Below are positions 38,931-51,696 of a stretch of DNA of 64,000 nucleotides, one piece after another; position 1 is the stretch's first letter; each line of letters begins with the position of its first letter. A program made the translations under genes and the position numbers. The DNA comes from Lama guanicoe. Lineage: Eukaryota. The DNA lies in the NCBI GenBank assembly GCA_013239625.1, contig MU053487.1, forward strand, positions 2,315,058 through 2,379,057, given 5' to 3'. The notes under the pieces were generated by a model. The model was not told the DNA's origin and did no database searches. It saw only the letters and a program-made list of their open reading frames with translations.

Positions 38931-38965
<35 letters not shown>

Positions 38966-39439
38966 ATTTATTCCTTTCTTTCTTTCTTTCTTTCTTTCTT
39001 TAAGTCCTTATGTTTTAAGTTGTATTCTGAAATATCTGTGAATGAAATTATGTGACGTATCATAGGAATATCTGATACAGAAAATGGATAAAAATATTTT
39101 TAAGATCAAAATAGGATCTTACATTTTTATGACAATACCCTATGGATATATTTTCATTCACTATGTATAGGCCTGCATAAATTTATAATGGCTGCATACT
39201 GTTCTGTTATATGTGTGTACTGTAGTCTATTTAAATGGTTTCCTGGTTAAGTATTTATTCTCCTTGACTTTTTTTAACTGCTTAATACTCTGATGAATAT
39301 TCATGTATGTGTGTGTGTTTTGTTCAGTTATTTCCTTGGATAAAATTATAGAAATAATATTCATGAGTAAACACATGCATACTTTTAAAGCAGTTTATAG
39401 TTTCCTGGCCATTATAGTTTCCTATAAACTGTCCCCCAG

Positions 39440-39585
39440 AATGACCACAACCTTAATGGTTTAAAACAACACAAATTTGTTATTACAGTTCTGGACATCA
39501 GAGGACATGGGTGTCACTGGGTCTCAGTGTACTAAAATCCACATGTGTTGGCAGGGCTGTATTCCTTTCCAGAAGCTCTGGGGAA
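39440..39585 (-). mobile_element. MaLR (MLT1) LTR fragment
   Basis: ggtttaaaacaacacaaatttgttattacagttctgg...gtgttggcagggctgtattcc..agaagctctgggg. Confidence 0.6.
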
Positions 39586-40794
39586 CCAGAGAAACTGGAG
39601 TAGTTATTAGTAGGGGAATGAGAGTGAAGCTGAAGGAAGGCAATGGAGCCAGTTACTTTTCATTTTAGGCCTTTCTGTAGTTTTTGAATTTTTTATCATA
39701 TTTTACTTTCATTCAACTTTTTTTTTAATTAAAAGGCAGCTGTGGCCCACTTACTGCAATTTAGATCAAACCTGGTTGGCCTCAAGCACCCTATGGCTCA
39801 GAGTGAGCCCCAGTTTGGTCCAGGTATGGGCAACATCAGACAGTATAACCTGAGGCTCCCTGGCTTTAAGTGTTTCCCCGGTCTGCCCTAGCAAAGCAGT
39901 GCCATTCCGACTTTGCAACTTCTGAGTCAGTTCCTAAGCCAGTGACCTCCTGGAGCCTTAGTCCAGTTGTAGGGTATCTTTGGGGTTGTAATTAGACAGT
40001 GATTAAACAGGGAAGATTTATTGAGGGAATGCTGTGTGCCATCCATGGTTCTCAGCACTTTGTATGTATTAACACTTTCACTCTTGACAGCTCTGCAAAG
40101 TAGCTTCTATTATTAGCACCCTGTTTTACATGTGAGGAAACTGACACTGAGAGTTTAAGAAACGTGACCAGAGCACACAGCTAGTAACCCCCTTCCCCAT
40201 CACAGTGCCTGGGTTTCATTTTTATATGCTATGGTGTCCTTGTGAAAGAAGATGCAGATTCCAGAGGGCTAGCAAACCAATCCTGATGTTAAGGGGAAAA
40301 GAGGTCATTTTTGTTTGTTTGTTTTCTTTTGTTTTGTCTTAATTGCATAATTTAAAATTTATGTTTCTAAATATGTAATTGGTTACAGAAAATAGTTTTG
40401 AATAACACCATACAACCTTGTCTGTTTGGGGTGACTCCATTATCCATTTCTGAAGGCAAGCTTTGAAAATTGTTAGAAGACAAATTACTGAGAATATTAA
40501 ATATGGCTGCAACTCTTCACCTGAGCACAGTTGCTGTTAAGGTTAACATTAATGCTCGGGTGTCTTTCCTTTTGGACTTTTATGTATATATAAATTTCTC
40601 TTGTTCTAATTATGCTACAGATTCAATTTGATATCCTCCTTTTTTTTTTAATGTCATCAAAGTGAGTGAGCAAAGTGAGTGTCATTTGTTAATACAAAAC
40701 AGAAGCAGCAATTTAGATAACTTCTCCCTTATGATGTGACAGTGGTGACCCAGTGATGGGTTTTTCCTTCCCTCCGTGTTCTTTTCTTCCATAG

Positions 40795-40935
<141 letters not shown>

Positions 40936-41149
40936 TAATCCTATCTAAACACCAGGGTTGTCTCTTTTGGCTGAGATCTTAGGTAAAACTTTTCCCCTCC
41001 CTTTGCATTAGTTGATAATCCACGGGAACGATTATAGGTAATAATCTTACTTCATGGACTCCTAAAAGGTAATGGATTACAAGTGCCAGCAAGATTCCTG
41101 TATGTTTGTTTTTTTAATTGTGCTTTTCTGTTCTTTTTCTTCTTCTTTT

Positions 41150-41375
41150 TTTAATTCTTATTTTTTATTGAAGTGTAGTCAATTTACAGTGTTAGTTTCA
41201 GGTATACAGCAAAGCGATTATTAAGGTATACATATACATACATATATATGTATGTATATTTTCAGATTCTTTTCCATTATGTGTTATTACAAGAAATTGA
41301 ATATAGTTCCCTGTGCTATACAGAAGGTCCTTTTTGTTTATCTATGATATATATATATATATATATATATATAGT
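41150..41375 (-). mobile_element. L1 3' end with (TA)n
   Basis: ttttattgaagtgtagtcaatttacagtgttagtttcaggtatacagc...gttccctgtgctatacag. Confidence 0.75.
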
Positions 41376-42384
41376 AATCACACCTCGGTTTTTATAAGCT
41401 CTGGCCATTAACTAGTGGAAGACAAGGATTCATGCCAAAAAAGAGAATTTATTTTATCATACAGATTGTTAGTTAATATAGAAAATGACTTCAGCAAACG
41501 GCAGTTCTGCCTTTTTCTCAGTCTTTAACAGACAAACATGTGAAGTTTTGGAAGGTGGAGCATTTCAGAGTGTATAGCACTGATGCTGGTGGGGGTTGAG
41601 TTGGTGCAAATTATAGTAGCCCTCAGATTGATTTGATTGATCCCTTCTCACAAACTGGGGAGACCCTTGTTGGTGAATGTCTTCCTACATAGCCTGGGAC
41701 ACAAGTTCCATTTCTTCTGGGGCGTTATGTCCCTCTAGTGGCTCCCCTTCCATGGTAGGATGGAATCTAGAGTCATCACCGTGGCAACCAGTACCTTCCT
41801 GATGTGCTCACCTTTCCAGCTTCTCCCCTCCACACATCCTTATCTGCCACATAGTCTAAAGCTTCTATGCTTTTGTTTATGTTTTTCCCTTCCTGGATGG
41901 TTTTCTCTGCTCTCTCCACCTGAAACTGGTCCACTCTAGAGCCCAGGTGAATTGTCATCTCTTCTGTGACAGTTTCCCCCACCCCTACCCCAGACTGGAT
42001 GTTTTCCTTTTCCTGATCACTTAGCACGTTGTTCTGCACTTCAGGTGAATGTCTGTGCCCTCACTAAATCAAGAGTTTTCCTAGGCCTTTCTTTATTACC
42101 AGGGCTTCTGTAGGCCTTATTCATGGTAGCTCCTCAATAAATGATTGCAGCATTACTGAAAACATTTTACTGTCATCTTAGGCAATGGCAAAACTATTGT
42201 TCCTAGCTCAGAATTAAGGAACTAAAAAGCAATGTTTGCTAAAAGAACAGGGATTCCCCCCTCCTTTTGTATCCAATTAGAATAGTTGTGGAAGTGGCAA
42301 AATAAAGAGGAAAATGGTAATTAAGCCAATATGCAACATAGCTATATTTTAGTCTATCATTAATGTAATTTCAGTTTTTACCCT

Positions 42385-42467
42385 CTAGAGGAGGTACTGG
42401 GGATTGAACCTAGAACCTCGTGCATGCTAAGCGTGCACTCTACCACTTGAGCTATAGGAGAGCTCCC
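42385..42467 (-). mobile_element. Tail-less tRNA-like SINE insertion with 13-bp TSD
   Basis: TSD CAGTTTTTACCCT at 42372-42384 and 42468-42480; A and B boxes on the minus strand. Confidence 0.85.
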
Positions 42468-42484
42468 CAGTTTTTACCCTTTAG

Positions 42485-42640
<156 letters not shown>

Positions 42641-43678
42641 TGAAAAAGAGCTTTGTATGAATAGTGAAATAAAAACCAAAATTGTCTCTGAGTTCTCAAA
42701 GTATTAATAAAATGAATTTGTACTAGGTCATTGAAGTCCCAAGATACCACCCTGTAAGGAAGAGAAATGATTGTTGGCTTTTGTGGCATGGCAGGCTGCT
42801 CATCCCATCCTAATTTTTAAGAAACTGGGAGATTCTTCTACTGAGATGGCAGAAATCGGTGGCAGGGTAGCTGGCATTGAAAGAACCTTAAGCTTGTCTC
42901 CAGAAGACATCAGTCAGAGTTTGAGCCTTGATACTCAGTGGTTGTGTATCCAGAGGAAAGTTATTTAATGCCTCTTAATCTCACTTGCTCATCTGTCGGA
43001 GAATAATGGAGTGAAAAATAACCTGTCCGCTCACTCAGAGGTTGTTGGAGTAACACGATTGTATCATTAGTCAGGAGAAGGTCTGTTGCGCTGCCTTATT
43101 TCTATGGTGCCATGTTTGGTCTCTTCCCATTCCAAGCACGCCACTGCCGTGTTAACGCATCCCACCCCTCTGCCCCAGCCTTGGCCAGAGCATGTCTCGT
43201 CGAAAGCTCTAACCCCTGGGCTTGATGGGCAGGCAGCGGGCAGAAATGAATGTGTACTTCACAGTGCATGTTAAGGGGAATACTGTACCAGGGTGACCAC
43301 AGTGTGATTTCCAAGAAGATTTAAGAAATTTTATAATTACTCTTAGTGTGAAAACTATTTCTGAATACCATGTGGTATTAAAATTATTTGTGAGTTTATG
43401 TTTGCCCCACTAACTCTTGTGCTATCCTGGGCAGTACTGTGCTTTATTTGTCTTCGTATTCCCAGCACAAGGCAAAGAGCCTGATGTAGAGAGAGCCCCC
43501 AGTACCTCGCTGACAAGTCGGAGTGAAGTGGGAGGCAAGAAACTACCCTTTTATTTCTTTTGTTAAGGCTGCTTACAACTGTGTTGGTGATAAATATAGT
43601 TGGATTCTCTGCCTTAAGACCTAGCTTAATTTCTTTATACTTCTGTGGATTTACAAGAAAAATCAATCTTCTGTTCAG

Positions 43679-43770
43679 GTGGAGGACCTTTTTTACAACA
43701 TATCCACGAGGAGGAAAGCTTTAAAAAATCCAAGTGAAGAGTATGGAAAAATTTTGGAAGTTGTTGGCAG
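43679..43770 (+). CDS. MLH1: MLH1 exon 6 (92 nt)
   Basis: ttcag|[33 protein letters not shown](R); AG|gtacct. Confidence 0.97.
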
Positions 43771-45198
43771 GTACCTTCCAAAATCTGGGCGTGGGTCTCT
43801 GAATCAGTCTCTCACCAAAGAAATGTGTTCCAGTGCTTAGAAACTGAGAATGGTTGCTGAGCTAGGTAAATAGCAATACTAGCCTACAAATTATTTCTGG
43901 TCAAGGTTTAGCCACCAATTCTAGCTTTTCCCCCATGTCCCCAGAAGAGAGCAGTTGGTCTCTGTATCAGTGAGGGTTCTTCTGTGGTGGGCAGCAGAAA
44001 CTGAGTGTAACGAACTTGAGTCGTAAAGAAATTTATTGAAAGGCTAAGAGCGACTCACCAAGTGGAAAGTGTGGACAGCTGCTCCTTGAGGAGAACCAGA
44101 AGCAGGGTGGCTTCAGGGGTTTGATGTAGTGACCCTGTCCCACCTGTTTCCATTGCTTTCCTGACTCTGCTCAAGAGTCTTTCCCAGGAGAGTACATCTC
44201 ATTGGTGTGCGTGATAGTCCCCTCAGCGCATACCCACGTCTCGAGAAGATTTCTCGATTGGCAGTCTGCATCTATCAAGTGGAATGGGGAGGAGGTAGTG
44301 TCCCGGAGGAGGACTTGGGGCTGTTAACAGGAGAAGGGACACAGGGCAGTTGAAAACAGCATTATGTCCAGGAGAGACTGTCTGCTAATACAGTGGCCCC
44401 AGCATGGCTCTCTGAGCCTGCATGTCCTTGAATTGTAGCAGAGCTGTATTAACTGTTTCTCAGTATTGCTAAAAAATCTAAAATCCGTTAAACATTTGCC
44501 TCTAATAGAAAGGAACAGACTTATACATCAAGTTCTCTGCTTTTTTCCCCTGGAATCGTATAAATCAGTATCAGAATGTTAATTATCTCCTGGAAGTAGA
44601 GGAGTTCTAGTTGGCTGTTTGGGTTCTAGGTGTGGTAAGTGAATTAATTGTTACTGAGTAAGTGCATCTCACTAGACACAATCCTTCAGTTCGTGGGGCC
44701 CACGAGGGAGAAGTAGTAAATGTGGCAAATGACAGCCAGCTGAGAAAAGGCTGGGACATACTGAACGAGACCTCTGGTGGAGGATGAAGCTGGTGTGGTA
44801 GGGGAGTTGGGGGGCTCTGAGAGAGAATAACAGAGTGCAGGGGGTGTTCAGGCTACGTTCTCAAGACGTTCTTGAGGCAACCCAGACCTTCTGAGTCTGT
44901 GAAAATAAAACTAGGCAAGGAGGAGATGGTGTTGAAATAACCCTGAGTCTAGCCAGCAACGTACAGGGGCAAAGTGGAACCCTGGCTTTGTTCAGTTCTG
45001 CCACATTTAGCATTGGTATCTCCATGCAGTCTCTGCTGGCCTATTTCCCTGTGGACAAATTATATTTGAAGATATTTTTGTTTGTTTATATCTTTGTTCA
45101 GACCACTTAATTCCACCAATTTGTGTAACTAAAAGGGGGCTCTGACACGTACTGTGCCTTGGCCAGTCGTTTTTACTGTCTTGTTTTTTCTTTGCCAG

Positions 45199-45241
45199 GT
45201 ATGCAATACACAATTCAGGCATTAGTTTCTCAGTTAAAAAA
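45199..45241 (+). CDS. MLH1: MLH1 exon 7 (43 nt)
   Basis: gccag|G TAT; YAIHNSGISFSVKK; AAA|gtaagt. Confidence 0.95.
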
Positions 45242-45379
45242 GTAAGTTCTTGATTTACAGGGGATGGGGATGTGTTACAAGAGCAAAAGGACTTTTGTTC
45301 GTTGGCCGGGGAGGCAAGGTTGTGGTGTCTCAGTCAGCATGGTGAGACAGTAAACTGGATCTCCTGTTGTGTTCATCAG

Positions 45380-45468
45380 CAAGGTGAGACGGCGACTGAC
45401 GTCAGAACACTGCCCGGTGCCACGACCGTGGACAACATCCGCTCCATCTTTGGCAATGCTGTTAGCCG
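45380..45468 (+). CDS. MLH1: MLH1 exon 8 (89 nt)
   Basis: atcag|[32 protein letters not shown](R); CG|gtatgt. Confidence 0.96.
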
Positions 45469-47398
45469 GTATGTTGATAACTTTTTAAACTCCTCTGCAT
45501 TTCATCCCATTATTTAGGGATCTGTCCAGATAACCTCTGCCTTAAGAGTTTGCTTTAACTGAACATGCAGGCTTGTGGGCATGCTTCAGATTACTTCGGG
45601 TATCAGTGCTTCTTGGGTGCACATCATCTCCTAGATGCTCTGGCTATAAATCAGTGCATTCTCTCTAGGTCTCTGTCTTCAGAATATTTGTAGTGTAGAG
45701 GAGTGCTCCCTCTTTTTCTTGTATTTTCATTATCATCACTTTAGGGTTGCATGCATTATCATTTGGTAGTTAGTAATTGCCTCCCATTTTTCAGGCTTTG
45801 TGCCAGAAGTTAAGGATACAAAGACAAAGAAAATATTTCTGCCCTTAAAGACCTTCCTGTCTGGTGGTGAGCAGATTAGTGTTACCAAATCCTCGTTGTC
45901 AAGGAAAACCCTAAGTGGGAAGATTGCTTGCGTTATAGCTTCCTCGATACTCCCCTCTGCAGGGGAAAATGCAGACTCCATCCCAGATCTGTAGTTTAAT
46001 CTCAGGACTTTGCAAGACCCAGAGTGCCTGTGTCATAATCTGAGGGGAAGAATACTAAGGGCCTTCTGTGTGCCAGGCATGCCCTGGATGCTGGGGTACA
46101 CAGATGAATGACACGGCTCCTGACTTCACTTTTTCTAATAACCCATAGGCAGGAGCAGTAGTCCCAGAATCCAGTTTCCTATTTGGAAGGACAGATTACT
46201 CTTTGAACAAGACCAGGTTCCTAACTAGGGAACAGTTAGTTTGCTTTCAGTTACCCTTTTCTTATTAATTAAGTGTTAAGAAATTGTGGTTTTTTTTTTT
46301 CAGTTGTGCTCTCAGAATGAAGAGAAAGCTCTATTGTACAGTGATACTTTTAAGGGCCTCTTGACCAAATTTTAAGACTCAGAATTAGTTATTATGAAAT
46401 TCCTGGGGACTATAAGAGATTGGCAGCTCCATGGAGCAGCAGTTCCCAAAACATGTTTCCAGAACACCAGCCTCTTGAGACATTTTGGGCAGAGAGGGTT
46501 TGCTGGTTCACTGTGTGGGGGCAGGAAGCTCTGGAGCTGTACCACCTGCTCAGAGACTAGGGGCACACACATCATTCACTGCCTGAAGAGCTTCCACCAT
46601 CCAGCCCGCAAGTGCTTAATGGGTGCCCGCTGTCTGCTGGGTGCTGTGCTGTATGGTAGAGATATGTAGTAGGGAATAAAGCAGAAACGAGTCATACCCT
46701 TGGAGGACTCATGTTCTAGTTGGAGACCCAAGAAAGAATTGTGCTGTTCTGTGCATTACTGACTGTGCTGGATGCCTCAGAGGAAAAGCATAAGGTAGAG
46801 GGATCCCTTGGTGGTCAGGGACAGGGACTCACAGAAGATTTAAGGAAGTGAGCGCTGAGATCCTAGGGATAAGGCAGAATTAACTCACCAGCAATGGGAA
46901 CTTTCGGGCAGAGGGACCAGCCCTTGGGGAGGCCTTCAGGCAGAAATGAATGTGGCTTGTGTGAGGAGCTCTTTTCACCTGTCAGCCTCCCCTCGTGGTG
47001 CCTGTCAACAGAGTAAGGGCTTCAGCAGAGACAAGTTCTTTGGAATCTCATCTGGGGGTCTTGGTTACTAAGATACATAAAAGTTTCAGCAAAATAAGGT
47101 CTCAGAGCCTGGACTCGCCGTGTCCCAGCAGTTACAGCAGTGCTTGGCTAGTAGCACGAGGGCTTGAAAACACTGCCTAGTGGGGTAGGTGGATGGATGG
47201 TTGGACAGATGGTGGATGAGTGGTTGGACAGACAGATGGGTGAGCTCAGAGGACCTCAGTAAACCAAGTCTTCAGGGTCCTCGTTTGGCAGAGTTGGTAT
47301 ATGAGAAGGAGCCCTGATTTTTCCAACTCTGATTCTTTAAAATGTTTGGATTTTTCAGTTTTTTCAAAAGCCTCAAAATTTCTCTTTTTTCCAACCAG

Positions 47399-47511
47399 AG
47401 AATTGATAGAAGTGAGATGTGAGGATAAAACCCTCGCCTTCAAAATGAATGGCTACATATCCAACGCAAACTACTCAGTGAAGAAGTGTATCTTCTTACT
47501 CTTCATCAACC
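47399..47511 (+). CDS. MLH1: MLH1 exon 9 (113 nt)
   Basis: accag|[41 protein letters not shown](H); C|gtaagt. Confidence 0.97.
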
Positions 47512-48134
47512 GTAAGTGAGAAAGAGCCAAGTGGGGACATCTGTGCACAGGGACCTTTGGGGTACCATGGAAATATTCCTCATTCACAGGTTTGATCATA
47601 CCCAGGGAAACCTCACACCAAAATGTGGTTTAATTAGGAAGTATTTATAATTCCTCCCCTAAATCCACTCAGCCCTCCCACCCATGCTCATTGCTGGCTC
47701 ACAGTTGTGGAGTCTGGCTCTTGCCTCTGAGAGGGAGCCCAGGAGAGGGCATCCCAGGCCCCTGTGAGCCAGACCCACCCCTCATCTGCTGCCATCAGCG
47801 CCTTCCCAGCAGGTCCCAGACAGATCTTTGTTCTTTCCCGAGATCAAGGGCCACATTTGGAAATTGCACAACAGGGCAACAGGGAGAGGGGCCTTCAGGT
47901 GCAGGCAGTGGGGTTTTTTTTTGTTGTTTTTGAATGTACTGAATGCCACTGAGTTGTTCATTTTAAAATGGTTAATTTCTAAATTGTGAATTTCACCTCA
48001 GTAAATTATTTCAATTAAAAAAAGATGGAGAAAAAATAAAGTAAATTTACTGTATAGCACAGAGAACTGTATTCAATATCTTGTAATAAACTATAATGAA
48101 AAAGAATAAAAAATACAGATACATACTAAAAAAA

Positions 48135-48430
48135 GAAATTAGCTGTTAGCTTTATGGGTGCTCCCTTGTAACTGACTCTGTTTATCTCTTGCTGCCGTTA
48201 GAATTCTCTTTTTATGTTTAACTTTTGCTATTTTAATTATAATATGTCTTGATGTGGGTCTGTTTTGGCTTATCTTGTTTGGGACCCTCTGTGCTTCCTG
48301 TGCCTGGATATGTTTCCTTCTCTAGGTTTGGGAAGTTTTCAGCCATAATTTCTTCAAATACATTTTTGATCCTCTTTTTTCTTTCTTCTTCTGGGATCCC
48401 TATTTGCATATGTTGGCACCCTTTATGTTA
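48135..48430 (-). mobile_element. L1 ORF1 fragment (antisense)
   Basis: gaaattagctgttagctttatgggtgctcccttgtaa...ttataatatgtcttgatgtggg is the reverse complement of the ORF1 PxHIIIK...YKGxPIxL region. Confidence 0.7.
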
Positions 48431-48437
48431 TGCCATA

Positions 48438-48563
48438 GGGGTGAGGAGGGTATAGCTCAAGTAGTAGAGTGCGTGCCTCGCATGCATGAGGTCCTGGGTT
48501 CAATTGCCAGTACTTCCTCTAAAAAATAAGTAAATAAACCTAATTACCCCCCCCACCAAAAAA
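48438..48563 (+). mobile_element. tRNA-derived SINE
   Basis: GAGGAGGGTATAGCTCAAGTAGTAGAG...GGTTCAATTGCC...aaacctaattacc. Confidence 0.85.
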
Positions 48564-50391
48564 GTTTTTTTTAAATGATATATTACTGTTAAAGTGAAGA
48601 AAGGGAATGCTAAGCCCTTTGAGATTTTTCTTTTTAAAGAATGAGTTATTTACGGCACAAAGAGCAGGACTAGAAATCAGGAGGAAATAAACAAATCGAT
48701 TTGGAGTTTCCTCAGATTCCTTTCCAAGCTTTCTCTGCTGACATAGTGTTGGCATGATTGCTACCTATTAAGTAAATACTACTTTGCATTCTGCTGCTTT
48801 TTGCTTAACTGCACATTGCATGGTCTTGAGAGACAGTGACAGGGCAGCAGTCTCAACACCATCTGACTCAAGTTTTTCCTTTTCATCCAGAAACACACCA
48901 CATCATTCCATTTGTTCTTTTCTTACTGTTTTTAATCGTACAGGTCCTTTACCTTTATTGTTTAATTTGTATTTTTTTTAATTTTTGTTTTGTTTTGTTT
49001 GATTGCTATTGGAAATGACATATTCTCCCGCCTTCCACTTCTAGTGATAACCAGCTAGAGATGTCCCAAATTACGCATATTTTACAGCAGTTGTTCAAAG
49101 CAACGTGGAAACAGTGAAGAGGGAGCCAATATTCTGCAGACACATTCTGTTAAACTGACTTATTTGCAAGGTCTTTTCCCACTTCATTAGGAAGGACTTG
49201 AGCCTGACGTGCAGCAAAGCTTACTTTAATCAAAGTTCAGAAAATGTTTTTCATTTATTTTTTTCCCCTAACCATGAAGAGAAACTGCTTTGTAACACAC
49301 ATGTTGGCTATAGAATAGACAAGCAGAAATTAGAGTAAGTGCCGTCTGAGTGGCTCACTCCGATGCCTCTGGTGGGGCTTTTTACCACACCAGCTCTGCG
49401 TTAACATTAGCTAATCTGGTCATGATGCCAAGTTCCCAGGAGCAGAGAGACGGCAGGCTCTTATGTGTGTCATCCAGTTATCTCACACTGGGCAGGCTCA
49501 CTCAGATGATAGGAACAAGGAACACTCCTTTGGCATGTCTCAAGTTCAGAAATCTCAGCAGAGACGCTCCAGCTGTCCTTTGTCAGGTTACATAGCCCAG
49601 CGACATTACTGAGGCGGCTGTGGATGTATGAGCACTCCTTGTTGATAGAATTATGGTCTCTCTTCTCATTGGGAATGAGAAAATATGACGTATCCCTGGC
49701 TGCACCAACGCAGGACAACAGATCATCAGCAGGTCATCTGTCTGGGGAGAAAGGAGAGCTGTGGTTGTCTGAAAATAGATCTTCCTCTGATTTTAGCCTT
49801 GTATCTCCCAGCTTTCATCATTTTCCACCCCCTCAAGCCTGCCTCATTTCCTAAATTACCCTCAGTGTGCGTTCAGTTATTTGTCCCACCTGAAATGCCT
49901 GGAAAGCATGCTTTTCCACATAAGTACTCCGTTTGTCTGCCCCCCCCCTGTCAGGGCTCCCTGAGCTGAAGTAGCTGCTCCCTCTCCTCATCACTCAGCA
50001 CACCCGTCTCCCTCATGGTCCTTCCACCGTGAGTTGGAATTAGTTTATCCACCAGCATTTGTCTCCCAGCTCGTGGCACACGTGGTAGGTCTCCAGGGTG
50101 GATTTGCAGAATGAAAAGTCTGAGCAAGGGCACGTGGTCCACCTGGGCTCGCTGGGGAAAGGGAGTGGGGGGGCGAGTTGACTGTCCTGTTGTGTCTCTG
50201 CTGCTCGGGTGAGACGAGAGTCCCGAGGGAGAAGCTGGGGAGTCGTGATATAGAGGGGGCCCTTCCTCCCTGGGGGACTGATGTGGCTGTCACTCCAGAG
50301 GCATTCTTGAGCTGATTTCATGGTATGGTGTGAATGTGTACCTGCCATCTCACCTCTCGGGACAGATCTGAGCTAATTGCTTTCCCTTTTA

Positions 50392-50562
<171 letters not shown>

Positions 50563-51239
50563 TAATGCAGCACCAAACTCCTCGCCCAAGACTCATAAGG
50601 AAGAGAAATTCTGTCCAGCTGTCTCCTTTGAAAGAGATGGACTTGCTAATTAGCCCAGTCAGAGTGAATCCCTTACCCCACTGGCAAAAGATATTCGTCC
50701 CTTTCTACAGGGGAAAGGCAGAGTTCTCCTTTATTTATTCACTCCTGCCACAGAATCTGACCGAGAGCCTCCCTTCTGCCAGGGACTGTGTCAGTGAAAC
50801 AAAGGTGGATAACATGGCTTGCCCCTGAGCCAGGCAGAACCTGCCTGAACCTGGCAAACAAACCATTCGCCTTGAGGGTCCATCCAGGGCCCTCTACCGA
50901 CAAAGCCTCACACTGCAAAGCTCTACTGTCAGAGCCAGCAGTGAAGTATGATGGATTTGGAGCTCAGGCAGCAAGTTGGTAGCAGGTACAGCCTCCAGCC
51001 TGACTTTTGTGCTGCATTTTAATGATAGAAGTTCTCTCACATATTTTCCTTTTTTTTTTTTAATTGTAGTATAGTCAGTTATAATGTATCCGTTTCTGGT
51101 GTACAGCATAACTCATGTTTTGATCTACATGTAATACTGAATAGTCAATAGGGGATAGGTTCATGACCATGATCTGGAAAAATTAAGCACCTTGCCCTGG
51201 GTTATGTAATAAGAAATTCCACATGATGGTAATAACCGC

Positions 51240-51430
51240 TAATGTATAATAAACTGCCTGGTACATGCAAAGTGCTTTACACGAATTGAATCCCCACCAT
51301 GTGTTATGTTCAGTTCACAGGTGAGGAAACCCAGGCAAAGAAAGATGCTCCAACTTAGCCATGGCCACTCAGCATTAAGTAGCAGAGTCAGCATTTGAAC
51401 CCAGGTCATGCAGACTTGACCCTGAAGGCT
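51240..51430 (-). mobile_element. MIR SINE
   Basis: ttcacaggtgaggaaacccaggc..., agcagagtcagcatttgaacccagg (MIR core). Confidence 0.65.
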
Positions 51431-51542
51431 TGACCACTGTGTCATTAGGCCTCCCCATGTCTGCTGGCCACCACATACACTGTGAGTGAATTTTCCCATA
51501 TTCCCCACCATCTGAGGTGATTGTTCTCTTTTTTTCTGCCAG

Positions 51543-51696
51543 TTTAGAAATCAGCCCCCAGAATGTAGACGTCAACGTGCATCCAACGAAGCACGAAGTT
51601 CACTTCCTGCATGAAGACAGCATCCTGGAGCGTGTGCAGCAGCACGTTGAGCACCAGCTCCTGGGCTCCAACGCCTCCAGGACGTACTTCACCCAG
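51543..51696 (+). CDS. MLH1: MLH1 exon 11 (154 nt)
   Basis: gccag|[55 protein letters not shown] (MutL DVNVHPxK motif); CAG|gtaggg. Confidence 0.97.
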
